A stretch of 64,000 bases of DNA from a virus (taxonomy: Duplodnaviria; Caudoviricetes), in the IMG/VR virus record IMGVR_UViG_3300014204_000145, positions 1 to 64,000 of that record; one strand, written 5' to 3'. The first letter of the stretch is position 1. Each line of letters starts with the position of its first letter. Shown here piece after piece: positions 9,576 to 19,340 of the stretch. Both the position numbers and the translations under genes were made by a program. Below the pieces are notes generated by a model that was not told where the DNA came from, did not search any database, and was given only the letters and a program-made list of their open reading frames with translations.

Positions 9576-12500
9576 CAGAAACTCCAATTGTATTAGATTT
9601 AATATTAGAATCTCCTATTGAGTTAAGAGCTGTTGAGCAAGGTTATAGTATAGGCTTGCAAGGCCCTATTGGCCCTGCTGGCCCTATTGGGCCAACTGGC
9701 CTTCAAGGCCCAGAAGGAGATTCTGCATATCAAACTTGGTTAGATTTAGGTAATATAGGAACAGAACAAGATTTTTTAAACACTCTTTCTAAAGATGTAA
9801 CTTCAATTATTAATAATACAGGGACTACTTTACTTAAAGGTTCTTTAGTAAGAATAACAGGATATGATAATACCCATTTATACAGTGAAGTATCTTTGTC
9901 TTCAAATACAACAGAAGCCACAGCATATGTAGATGGAATACTTATAGAAGAAATTCTTGATGGTCAAGTTGGACAAATGCTATCAAGAGGCACTGTAACA
10001 GGATTAGTGACATTAGGGGGTACTGAAAATGGTTTGGTTTACCTAGGTACTAGTGGAAATTTCACACCTGATGAGCCTGCTATTACTTCTAAAAATGTCG
10101 TTGTTGGTAAGTATAGTATAATACACGTAACAGAAGGGGAGATACTATTTGATACATCTTCTATAAGACAAGTACCAATATTTAAAGCAGAAGATAATTT
10201 AAATAAATTAAATATAAGTGCAGGGAATGGTGTTATAAGTGGTCTAGTACTATCTATTAACATAGATAATACTTTATTTAATATAGGGTCTGGAAAAGGA
10301 CAATATGTAGTAGGAAGTGGAGATAGTTATAAACTATATGAATTTTCTACAACAGGAGTTGTTGGAGTATCTGTTACAAGTATGATAAGCATAGCAACTT
10401 ATGTAGCAATTGATTATACAAATAGTCTGATAATTCAACAATCTTCGCCTTATACGGACATACAAAGACGGCAGTATATTGTGTTAGGTGCAATTATACA
10501 TTCTAATCATACTACAATTAATGCTATAAATTATGCACCTGATGTTGCAATCAATATTCCAGCACAATTAAATGACCTTGAAGACATATTTAAAATAATT
10601 AATAAATCTGGAAATATTATTAGTGCTAATGGTGCTAATTTAAAGATAAATAAAACTGTAGGAGAATTACATTCTAAAGGAGCAAACTTTGCAAATAATA
10701 CTGCAAGTCCTTCACGTGTTGTAACTTCTGCACTAACTGCACCAGATACATTGCGTTTTAGAACACAGATAGGTACTGAAACATTGGATACTGATACCAT
10801 TGATTGTGGTTATATGGATGTTGCAGGTATTAGAACAGCAATAACAAGTGGTTTTACAATAATGAGAATTGCACTATTCAAATCTAACCTCATTAGAATT
10901 CAGTATGGTCAAGTGAAATATGATTCTATGTCAGAAGCTTTAAATGGTATCAACAGTGAAGCATTTGTAGTAGAGCAGAATATAAGTGATAATGGCATAT
11001 TTAGATGTGCTTTAGTAGTAAGATGGAATACTACTGATTTAACCAATCCTAATCAAGCTTTATTTTTTAATCTTAATAGGTTTGGTGAAGTTGCTCAAAG
11101 TGTTGGGGGGATTGGAGGAACAACAGATTTACAACAAGCATATACAAATTCTGGTGAACCTGAGGTTACGACAGATGCTATAAGAGGTGCCGTAACAAGT
11201 AAAAATGGTATTAATGATGACACCCTAAATGTTTGGGAGACTAAAAATTACGCAGGTTCTGTTACGAATTATGTTAGGGGAGATGGTAGGGTTGGCATCT
11301 CTGATGCGATTGAAGAAAGTGAAGCTGTTACCTTAGGTCAATTAAATGGAAAATCGAGTTATCATGGTTTCTACAACAGAGTAGATTCTACACTACCTTC
11401 TACAATTAATGCAATAAATAGTTTTTCTTTAACAACTGCAACAAGTTACAGCATATATATTAATGGTATTATTTATATAATAAACTCAAGTAAAAGTGTT
11501 TCAATTACAAATACTGTAGGCCAATGGTTTATATGGTATCAAGTAGATACGGGAGTACCAACGCTTCATGCTAGTCAAACCTCGTGGGACATACTAGACT
11601 TAACAAAGATACCTGTTTGTACAATATATTGGGATGGAACAATAGGAGTAGTTTCTGAAGAAAGGCATTCATATAATAGAAATTTACAATTTCATAATGA
11701 AGCCCATCATGCATGGGGAAGTCAGTATATTTCTGGAGGTGTTGGTGCAACATTTGCAAGTGGGGCAACAAATACATTTTCAATACCAGCATGTACAATA
11801 GCAGATGAGGATATTCACAACAGCACCTCTGCAGTTCAAACATATTGCAGGATAGGATATAGAGTTACAGGAGGTTCTAGTATGACTTTTAATACGCCTT
11901 CATTAGAGTTTGCAAAAGTAGTAAGTAGTTTACCACAATACGATAATAATGGTACACTTACTGATTTATCTAATAATAATTATGGTGTGTCATATGTATA
12001 CATGACAAACAGACTTGAAACAAATGGTCAAATTGTATCAATTATAGGGCAAGGAGACTACTCAACACTTCCATTAGCTCAAGCAGCAGCTTTACCCACT
12101 CTTGCAGGATTTAATGTTGCAGAATGGAAGCTTATGTATAAAGTATTCTATAGAAGAATAGGGGGTGCACTATCTTATGTATCAAATGAAGCTGTGTATT
12201 TGCAAAACACAGGATTAGCAGTAAACCCTTCAGCACCTTTAACAATATCAGCGAACAATGTTTCCACTATTGAAAAAAGTATTATAGCAGGACTTACTGT
12301 AGAACAACAATTGCAAGCAATTAATGATATATTAATTGAACTATCTCCTTTAGAATTATCAGGTACAACGGTAACGTTTTCACGAACTCAAATTGATTAC
12401 ACTAAAACAATAACAGAGGCGTGGGCTTTAACATTCGCAAATGTGTTTCAAGGTGCAATAGCATTTGTAAGACCTACAGGAGCGTTTACGATAACACCAA

Positions 12501-12646
12501 CCGCACCAAGCGGATATACAATGGTACATGTAAACAGTGGGGTCGATTATGAAAGTGGTCTTTCTCAATATTGTTTTCGAGTACGTAAAATAACTACAGG
12601 AAGCGACGGTATAATTGAATGGTATATTAATAACGATGTAGCGTAA
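9572..12646 (+). CDS. Tail fibre / receptor-binding protein with collagen-like segment (1024 aa)
   Basis: (G-X-Y)7 followed by the GDSAYQTWLDLGNIGTEQDFLNTL motif; Gly/Ser/Thr/Asn-rich beta-strand composition. Confidence 0.8.
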   Translation: MTETPIVLDLILESPIELRAVEQGYSIGLQGPIGPAGPIGPTGLQGPEGDSAYQTWLDLGNIGTEQDFLNTLSKDVTSIINNTGTTLLKGSLVRITGYDNTHLYSEVSLSSNTTEATAYVDGILIEEILDGQVGQMLSRGTVTGLVTLGGTENGLVYLGTSGNFTPDEPAITSKNVVVGKYSIIHVTEGEILFDTSSIRQVPIFKAEDNLNKLNISAGNGVISGLVLSINIDNTLFNIGSGKGQYVVGSGDSYKLYEFSTTGVVGVSVTSMISIATYVAIDYTNSLIIQQSSPYTDIQRRQYIVLGAIIHSNHTTINAINYAPDVAINIPAQLNDLEDIFKIINKSGNIISANGANLKINKTVGELHSKGANFANNTASPSRVVTSALTAPDTLRFRTQIGTETLDTDTIDCGYMDVAGIRTAITSGFTIMRIALFKSNLIRIQYGQVKYDSMSEALNGINSEAFVVEQNISDNGIFRCALVVRWNTTDLTNPNQALFFNLNRFGEVAQSVGGIGGTTDLQQAYTNSGEPEVTTDAIRGAVTSKNGINDDTLNVWETKNYAGSVTNYVRGDGRVGISDAIEESEAVTLGQLNGKSSYHGFYNRVDSTLPSTINAINSFSLTTATSYSIYINGIIYIINSSKSVSITNTVGQWFIWYQVDTGVPTLHASQTSWDILDLTKIPVCTIYWDGTIGVVSEERHSYNRNLQFHNEAHHAWGSQYISGGVGATFASGATNTFSIPACTIADEDIHNSTSAVQTYCRIGYRVTGGSSMTFNTPSLEFAKVVSSLPQYDNNGTLTDLSNNNYGVSYVYMTNRLETNGQIVSIIGQGDYSTLPLAQAAALPTLAGFNVAEWKLMYKVFYRRIGGALSYVSNEAVYLQNTGLAVNPSAPLTISANNVSTIEKSIIAGLTVEQQLQAINDILIELSPLELSGTTVTFSRTQIDYTKTITEAWALTFANVFQGAIAFVRPTGAFTITPTAPSGYTMVHVNSGVDYESGLSQYCFRVRKITTGSDGIIEWYINNDVA
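9653..9718 (+). repeat. Collagen-like Gly-X-Y repeat (GLQGPIGPAGPIGPTGLQGPEG)
   Basis: Direct translation; ggccct/ggccca repeats in the DNA. Confidence 0.9.
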
Positions 12647-13548
12647 TGGGAAGTGCTTTATTGAGATATTATGAAGGGTTAAAAATAGCTGCAAGTATTG
12701 AAAATCAGTTATTATTCGATGCTTTCGGCATTGGATTGGCGGGTTTTTCGTTTCGTTTATTAAATTCTGCTTATACTGGTTACTGCATCAAAGTTCGTAG
12801 GAGTAGCGACGATGTGACTAGTAATATAGGTTTCATTAATGGATACTTAAACACAGATGATTTATATTTGTTTTTAGGCGAATACAGCGGATATGTAGAG
12901 CGTTGGTATAATCAAGATGGTAGCGGAATAGATTTCATTCAAACAACTACAACGGCACAGCCAAGAATATGGAATGCAGGAACTTTAGATACTGAAAATG
13001 GTAAGGCGTGTTTGGTATTTAGTGGTTCTCAATTTATGAGTGCAGGTGACAACTTCGGAGTGGATATAGGAAGAAATATTGGCGGTCAATACGTAGATGG
13101 ATATTTAAGCACTATTTTAGGCAAAATGAATGCAGGAAGTCAAACGTTCTTTGCAAAAACTGTATACACCTCTGCTTCTAATAGAATAGCATTAGTAGAT
13201 TTTGGAGATACGTATTTGAGCATGCTTACTTATAATAGCGTTACTTTAACAACACCTAATACAACAACTCGTAATTTATATAATTTTAAAAATGAGTATT
13301 ATAACGACCCGTGTAATGAGCTTTATAAAAATGGTAGTATAGCTTCAAGTTCCGCTGCAACATTAATAGGTATAAATTCTTATAGATACTTATTAGGTGC
13401 TTATAATAATGCAACTGATACAGGCGAAATGTTATTTTTAAACGGAACAATTCAAGAACATCATATTTACCGTGTATTTTTAACCGAAGCATTGCCTTCT
13501 GTTGCTGATATTAACACAAATATTAACTCATATTATTCTATGAACTAA
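12646..13548 (+). CDS. ConA/LamG-like (arabinofuranosidase-B-like) carbohydrate-binding tail protein
   Basis: SFRLLNSAYTGYCIKVRRSSD…WYNQDGSG…QPRIWNAG motif typical of this phage tail domain. Confidence 0.65.
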   Translation: MGSALLRYYEGLKIAASIENQLLFDAFGIGLAGFSFRLLNSAYTGYCIKVRRSSDDVTSNIGFINGYLNTDDLYLFLGEYSGYVERWYNQDGSGIDFIQTTTTAQPRIWNAGTLDTENGKACLVFSGSQFMSAGDNFGVDIGRNIGGQYVDGYLSTILGKMNAGSQTFFAKTVYTSASNRIALVDFGDTYLSMLTYNSVTLTTPNTTTRNLYNFKNEYYNDPCNELYKNGSIASSSAATLIGINSYRYLLGAYNNATDTGEMLFLNGTIQEHHIYRVFLTEALPSVADINTNINSYYSMN

Positions 13549-14033
13549 TGCACGCAAGATTAAATAATGGACAAATTCAAATATTTTCAACAAAGTTAAA
13601 ATTATTTGACGCACAAGGAAACCAAATAACAGGATTGCAATATTTTAAAGAAAGCGATTACGCTTCATGTGGTTTTAAGTTAGTAATAGAAGATACAATT
13701 ACCGATAATCAGCATTTAAGTGAAGTCATTGAACGTGATGGGAAATTTTATCGAGATGCTATTGATAACCCTATTCCAGTAATTCCTTTTAACACTAAGG
13801 ATGCTAAAGATAAAATTGATTTACTTTTTGGAACAAAAGTTTCATTGATTCCTTATTATGCTCCAATTATGGATAATTTAAAAGACTATCCAATTTCAAT
13901 GGAAGATAAGAATTTTCATAATTTGAATAAAAAAATTAATGCGTATAAAGCACTAGGATATATTACGAATGATGAATTACTAGCATTTAGAAAGATATTT
14001 TTAGACCAAAATATAGATATAACAACTTACTAA
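13548..14033 (+). CDS. Hypothetical protein, possibly tail-fibre assembly/chaperone
   Basis: Translationally coupled (TAATG) to the preceding tail gene. Confidence 0.45.
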   Translation: MHARLNNGQIQIFSTKLKLFDAQGNQITGLQYFKESDYASCGFKLVIEDTITDNQHLSEVIERDGKFYRDAIDNPIPVIPFNTKDAKDKIDLLFGTKVSLIPYYAPIMDNLKDYPISMEDKNFHNLNKKINAYKALGYITNDELLAFRKIFLDQNIDITTY

Positions 14034-14034
14034 T

Positions 14035-15144
14035 ATGGAAGAGCAAATAAAATATAATACTATGGTTAAAACATTTGGGCATGAGCATTTAATTGTTTAT
14101 GGAGATACAGCAAAACATGTTGTACCTATTTTAAACAGAATAGTAGGTAGAAAATTAGGTAGGTGGATTGTTGTTAAGCTATTATGTATAGCGAATCCAA
14201 GTACACATAAAGATGATATAGAAAGACTTGCTAATCTTATAATGGCAATGAGTAAAACTAGAAAAGAACTTTTTGCTGAATTAGAAGGTTACGGAGGAGA
14301 CAAAGACTTATTTCAAATCCTAACTATAGACCAGTCTTATATGGGAGCAGGAAAAACACCTACTGAATATGAAGACCAAATTATAGAAATTGTAAACCTT
14401 ATAAAAGAAGGAAAAAGGATAAAAATGTATCTGCATATAGATTGTAGAAGAAACTGCTATATAGACTTATTAAATAAGTATAAAAAATATATCAGTGGTT
14501 TAAAGTTTTATAATTATATGGGGACATTTCCTTACGATATTAATTATAATCCTGCATATCATTTTGCTAAAGAAAATAACCTAACCTGTATTTTTCATTG
14601 TAGTAGAGGTAATATTAATTACTATAGAGGAAAAGATATTGATAGAAGACTTAATGACTCTCATTATGCTCTTTATAAGACTAGGAGTACTAATAAAGAA
14701 AAAAGTATGAACTTCTCTAATCCTCAAGGTATGTTAGATGTGGCTAGAGATACAGGTGTTGAAGTTCAAATAGCACATTTGGGTGGTTATGAAGAGTTTG
14801 ATAAATTTATAACAGATAAAGAGTATGAAGTATTGTTTAATAAAACTAAACAAACTAAACCTGATTACATGTACTCGTTTTCTTTTCAAATACTAAAAGG
14901 TTGTATTGAATTAGAAAATGTGTATACAGATACATCTTTTACATGTTATAAGCCTCTTTATCATGAGATGGTAAGACTTCTAATGTTGCATCCTATACTT
15001 AAACATAAAATAAGATTTGGAACTGATTTTCCTGTTAATAAAACTGTAGCAGAGATGAAAAACTATTTAGAGGATTTTAAAAGAGGTATAGGAACCATTA
15101 ATTTTGATTATATAAGTGTGCACAATTTTAAAAAGAAAAAATGA
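14035..15144 (+). CDS. Metal-dependent amidohydrolase (Amidohydro_2-like TIM barrel)
   Basis: N-terminal HEH (HxH), FHCS, IAHLGG, YTDTS and FGTDFP motifs in the expected order. Confidence 0.8.
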   Translation: MEEQIKYNTMVKTFGHEHLIVYGDTAKHVVPILNRIVGRKLGRWIVVKLLCIANPSTHKDDIERLANLIMAMSKTRKELFAELEGYGGDKDLFQILTIDQSYMGAGKTPTEYEDQIIEIVNLIKEGKRIKMYLHIDCRRNCYIDLLNKYKKYISGLKFYNYMGTFPYDINYNPAYHFAKENNLTCIFHCSRGNINYYRGKDIDRRLNDSHYALYKTRSTNKEKSMNFSNPQGMLDVARDTGVEVQIAHLGGYEEFDKFITDKEYEVLFNKTKQTKPDYMYSFSFQILKGCIELENVYTDTSFTCYKPLYHEMVRLLMLHPILKHKIRFGTDFPVNKTVAEMKNYLEDFKRGIGTINFDYISVHNFKKKK

Positions 15145-15608
15145 TAGAAAGAATTAAGATAACAGAAAACTTCTATTTAGATGAATTTTTTGATAAAAAG
15201 ACTTATATGAAGTATGCTAAGGAAGGTACTCTTTGGAAACTTTTATTAAAACTTGATATGAGTTTAATAGAAGGTCTTCAAGTATTAAGAACTATGCTTG
15301 GTGTTTCTTTTACTATAAATAATTGGTATGCTATAGATTATCTAGGTATTAAAGGAACAAGAAGACAGTGGAGTGGATTTAGACCTGCAGGAACTCCTTA
15401 TTGGAGTGAAAATTCTATGCACAGTTTATGTAAAGCTGTAGATTTTGTTTGTGATAAAGATGCTGAAGAGGTTCGTAAATTTATTGAAAGTAATTGGAAA
15501 GTCCTTAGAGGATACTTTACTAGAACAGAAAAAGGAACAACTTGGGTACACTTAGACAGGGCTTTTGTATTAGATAATTCTAAACTAACTTATGTTAACC
15601 CTTCTTAA
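15141..15608 (+). CDS. Endolysin, peptidase M15 family
   Basis: SGFR…SMHSLCKAVDF…WVHLD zinc-binding H/D/H pattern. Confidence 0.8.
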   Translation: MIERIKITENFYLDEFFDKKTYMKYAKEGTLWKLLLKLDMSLIEGLQVLRTMLGVSFTINNWYAIDYLGIKGTRRQWSGFRPAGTPYWSENSMHSLCKAVDFVCDKDAEEVRKFIESNWKVLRGYFTRTEKGTTWVHLDRAFVLDNSKLTYVNPS

Positions 15609-15668
15609 ATATTATGAAAAATAAGTAGTAATACTACACATATTTAACTATTTTTACAAATAAAAACT

Positions 15669-16571
15669 ATGAATACAATAAACTTAGCAATAACAGCAGC
15701 AGGAGAAGTAAATCCTACAGTAGAAGAAGGTATAGATTACTACTTACGTAATCAAACTATTACTATAACACCTACTTACACACTACCTTTAGGGGACATC
15801 TTATCAGATTATACATTACGTTACGTTGTAGCCACACCTTCTAGTATAGAAATGGTTAATATTGACACTACTTTAGATGGGACTTGTGAATTTGATATCA
15901 CAGTTTTAGGTGCATATCAAGTATTTGCTATGGCACTTAACTTAAATACAGGTGTTGTATCTACTGTGAATATGACAATTAACTCTATAAATCCTATAGT
16001 AATTGCTTACGTAGATTGTAATAATTTTACTATTACTAATAATACAGGAGTGACTGTCACTTACACCGTAGTAGAAGTTAATAATAATGCTACAGTAAGT
16101 GAACCTCTTGTTGAAGATGTGGATATTTTAAACGCAGCTTCTGCAACTTTTGAAGCAGATAGTGCAGGAGTATTTTTAGTATATGCTGTATATACCCCTG
16201 TATTAACAGGTGTAGAAACGGAGGAAATCTATATGATAAATAATTTATGCTCCGTAAATGATTGTTTAAGTGCTTACATATTAGATACTCTTTGTGAAGA
16301 TACTAGAGATTGTAAAGAATGTGGTAGTGAATTAGAATTAAATCAACTTTTATTACTTTATTATACTCTTAATATGAAACTTAACCAAGAGTACGGAACA
16401 CAGAATTTTTATACAAATTTAGAACAAAGTGATTTAGATAATTTTGCTTCTATTACAACATTAATAGAAAGAATAACTAAATTCTGTAATAGAAGAAATT
16501 GTAATACAGCAAACAGCACTTCAACTACATATAATTGGAATAACACTGGATGTACTTCATGCAATGGATAA
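15669..16571 (+). CDS. Hypothetical virion-associated protein, Ig-like N-terminus and Cys-rich C-terminus
   Basis: 300-aa ORF in late cluster; Thr/Val-rich beta region; CEDTRDCKEC and CTSCNG motifs. Confidence 0.55.
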   Translation: MNTINLAITAAGEVNPTVEEGIDYYLRNQTITITPTYTLPLGDILSDYTLRYVVATPSSIEMVNIDTTLDGTCEFDITVLGAYQVFAMALNLNTGVVSTVNMTINSINPIVIAYVDCNNFTITNNTGVTVTYTVVEVNNNATVSEPLVEDVDILNAASATFEADSAGVFLVYAVYTPVLTGVETEEIYMINNLCSVNDCLSAYILDTLCEDTRDCKECGSELELNQLLLLYYTLNMKLNQEYGTQNFYTNLEQSDLDNFASITTLIERITKFCNRRNCNTANSTSTTYNWNNTGCTSCNG

Positions 16572-17526
16572 GATAAAAATAACAGGGTTAAGAACCCCTT
16601 CAAAATATAAGGCACAGTTACAAGGTAATGATGCTCTTATTAACTTAGGTTGGGATACAGTTAAAAGCTATATGTCAACAAGTATGGAGCAAGGATTAGT
16701 TTACACTTCTACAGGAATAAAAGATAAGGCTCTTTTAAGACTACAAGGAGCTAATATTTACTTATATCTTATACAATTTATGATAAATATGAGAGAAGAG
16801 TTATATAACTTAAAACTCTCACCTACCTTAGCAAATCTTGAAATAATACGAGATAAATATAATCTAGATTGTGTAGAGGAAAGTTTAACATGTTTAAGTA
16901 AGAAATATGCAACAGACTATTTTAATATTTATAAAAGCTTAAAAACAGCTTATTTTGATATTACTCCTACTCCTTTTATACCACAAGAGCCTACTTTACC
17001 TGGTATAGAAGATTGGTACCTACCTTGTAGAGGAGACATATCATTGGTTTTTACAAATCTGTTTAAAAATAATATAGGTAGTTTCAGTGCTAGTAACTAT
17101 TTAACATCTACTTGGGTTAGTGCTCCTGGAGATGCTCTTGTAGTAGGTTTTGATTATTCTAATCCTGAAGGAACAGCCTCTAATTTACTTAGGAGTACAC
17201 CTTACTTAGTACGTCCAGGTAGAGAGTTTGTATCTGAAGATATATATATACTAGGCGATAGCGGCCCTGCTATGGGTTACATATATAATATAGTAGATAA
17301 TTTAGACGGTTCTTTTACCTATTATGAGATTGCTAATGAAGTATATGAAACAAGTTTACCTTATGGTGCATCTGGTATAGGTTTTGCAAGTTCTTGTGGT
17401 GCAGATGCACCAGGTATTGGTCAATGCCAAACAAACTACATATTAGATGCTCTTACTACAGCAGGAGAGACAGGAAAAGCAGCACAATATTGTAATGAAC
17501 TTTCTGTTGTCGTAATACCTAACTAA
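16564..17526 (+). CDS. Protein with DUF1566/Lcl (C-type-lectin fold) domain, apparently circularly permuted
   Basis: DWYLPCRGDISLVFTNL…VRPGREF precedes YILGDSGPAMGYIY…IGQCQTNYIL…AAQYCNEL, the reverse of the usual order. Confidence 0.6.
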   Translation: MDKIKITGLRTPSKYKAQLQGNDALINLGWDTVKSYMSTSMEQGLVYTSTGIKDKALLRLQGANIYLYLIQFMINMREELYNLKLSPTLANLEIIRDKYNLDCVEESLTCLSKKYATDYFNIYKSLKTAYFDITPTPFIPQEPTLPGIEDWYLPCRGDISLVFTNLFKNNIGSFSASNYLTSTWVSAPGDALVVGFDYSNPEGTASNLLRSTPYLVRPGREFVSEDIYILGDSGPAMGYIYNIVDNLDGSFTYYEIANEVYETSLPYGASGIGFASSCGADAPGIGQCQTNYILDALTTAGETGKAAQYCNELSVVVIPN

Positions 17527-17543
17527 ATCTGATGTGAGAAAGC

Positions 17544-17574
17544 AAAAAGGGGTTGATTACTTAAAATCAACCCC
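17544..17574. terminator. Intrinsic terminator at convergence of late and replication units
   Basis: GGGGTTGATT-ACTTAA-AATCAACCCC perfect 10-bp stem; A5 on the left gives a U-tract on the minus strand. Confidence 0.8.
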
Positions 17575-17639
17575 CTCTAACATAAACAATTCAAAAAAAC
17601 TTTATTAAAACAAATTCATTGCAATATACTGCAATACTT

Positions 17640-18617
17640 TTATAAATCAATATATCCTTTAATAATATGTTCTAAAGGATATGAAAAATCTTGTAAAAGT
17701 TTATGTGTATCCCAATCTTGTAGAATACTTGTTAAATCTCTTAATTGTCCAAAAGATTTACTATTATACTGTTTTCTGAATTTATCCACATTCATCTTAT
17801 AAACGTAAGGGTGTTCAGGTCTAGCAAAAGAATACACTACAAAAATAAACTCATCAGTAATAGTGTAATCACTGTATAATTCATTTCTAAAAGCTTTTAT
17901 AGCTTCTTTATAAATCTCTGCTTGTAAATCATAACGGTACTTAACTACATTTTTTCTAAAAGAAAGCGGAATTTCTTCCATAGTTTTTAAATCACCTGGT
18001 GTTATAGTTTTTAAACTGTGGTCTATCACTACAAAATCAAGCATAGCTTTCATTTTCCAACTAAGGTAAGTAAATTCTATAGGTAATTGAAATAAGATGC
18101 TTATATCACTTCTTTCAGGTGTAAAATAAGAAGATGTATACTTATGTAATTTTAAAGTAGTTACTCCTCGTTTAGTTTTATCTCCCTGTTCTGCAGTTAG
18201 AATAGTCTTATTTCCTGCTTCAATAGAAAAATTAACATAGTCTTTAAATACTTGGTCAAATTTAGATATTATTTTAGTAGTATCTTTTATAGAACCCCAA
18301 AGACCTAATTCTCTTACGCCTTCTAAACACAGCTCTTCATTGAAATGTTCTCCTGAAAGTACTTTAGGAATAATCCATTCCGCTAGTTGAAGTGTGCTTG
18401 CTGTTGGTACAGGGCAAGAGAATACAAAGAACTGCTCATTAAATACATCTAAACCATCAAAGATTAAAGTATCTACTGCAGAACCTGAAGAGAGTGCTGA
18501 AGAAGTTTTAGGCTCCCTATTATAAACAGAACTTGAGTCTGCTTCAAAATCCTTTAATAAGCTACAATTAAGTGCTCCTGATGCGAAGTATTCTTCGCGG
18601 TTATTTAAAATCTGCAT
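17640..18617 (-). CDS. PD-(D/E)XK exonuclease (RecE/ExoVIII, DUF3799-like)
   Basis: LNCSLLKDF, GSAVD, KAMLDF, DLKT, YRYDLQAEIY motifs. Confidence 0.75.
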   Translation of the reverse strand: MQILNNREEYFASGALNCSLLKDFEADSSSVYNREPKTSSALSSGSAVDTLIFDGLDVFNEQFFVFSCPVPTASTLQLAEWIIPKVLSGEHFNEELCLEGVRELGLWGSIKDTTKIISKFDQVFKDYVNFSIEAGNKTILTAEQGDKTKRGVTTLKLHKYTSSYFTPERSDISILFQLPIEFTYLSWKMKAMLDFVVIDHSLKTITPGDLKTMEEIPLSFRKNVVKYRYDLQAEIYKEAIKAFRNELYSDYTITDEFIFVVYSFARPEHPYVYKMNVDKFRKQYNSKSFGQLRDLTSILQDWDTHKLLQDFSYPLEHIIKGYIDL

Positions 18618-19305
18618 CTAAATTTAATTTAAGTTTTTGTAATTCTTCCATAAAACCGACATGATTAAGTATTCTTTCATCTATCTCTTCTTCAATATAG
18701 AAAATTAGTTTTCTATCTTCTTCCTTATCTACAGGTATAAACTTAGGTACAGGAGCTTGTGTAATATATAAAATGTTATCATCAGGTATTACCTGTTTAC
18801 ATTTTAAAATACAGTCTCTACCTTTGTTTCCTGTTAGACAATCTTGAAAAGCTTTGATATAAGGATAACTTCTATTATCTATATCCCATAAACTGTTACC
18901 ACTAGACTCTCTTATCACATCATGTATCTCACAACGTATAGTAATAGGAAATTTAGTAATTTGTTCTAGTTTATTTATATAAGGAATAAAAGAAGCCTTA
19001 ATGGTAGATAATACTTTGTTTCTAGTATGTTGGTTTATCTCTCCGTTATATATTTTTTGTCCATTTATAACTACGTTTCTAGCAGTCCCTGCTGCTAAAG
19101 GATTGGCTATTACCCTTTGTTTTGTTTGTAAGTCTATTAAAAACTTTCTAAGGCCGAAGCCTGGTATTTGTTGATATTCGTATTTCTTAGTATCAGTATA
19201 TTTTTTAGCTTTAGGCATTTTCTTACCTAATTCATAATACTTAACTTGACGAGCTTTAGACAGCTCCACTTTACGAATATATTGTGGTATCTCTACTATT
19301 TGCAT
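18601..19305 (-). CDS. rusA: RusA-like Holliday junction resolvase
   Basis: WDIDN…KAFQDCL…IPDDN acidic catalytic motifs. Confidence 0.65.
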   Translation of the reverse strand: MQIVEIPQYIRKVELSKARQVKYYELGKKMPKAKKYTDTKKYEYQQIPGFGLRKFLIDLQTKQRVIANPLAAGTARNVVINGQKIYNGEINQHTRNKVLSTIKASFIPYINKLEQITKFPITIRCEIHDVIRESSGNSLWDIDNRSYPYIKAFQDCLTGNKGRDCILKCKQVIPDDNILYITQAPVPKFIPVDKEEDRKLIFYIEEEIDERILNHVGFMEELQKLKLNLDADFK

Positions 19306-19340
19306 ATAATAAGGTATTTACAAGATTTCTCTTGTATGTT

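Noticed and set aside
1253-13492. Minus-strand ORFs opposite the virion and tail genes (1253, 3669, 8962, 9730, 10039, 10531, 11571, 12428, 13286; likewise 16409)
   Set aside because: Antisense to long, motif-bearing genes, with no recognisable motifs; shadow ORFs.
9572-17526. Diversity-generating retroelement acting on tail or DUF1566 genes
   Set aside because: No reverse transcriptase and no template/variable repeat pair seen in the window.
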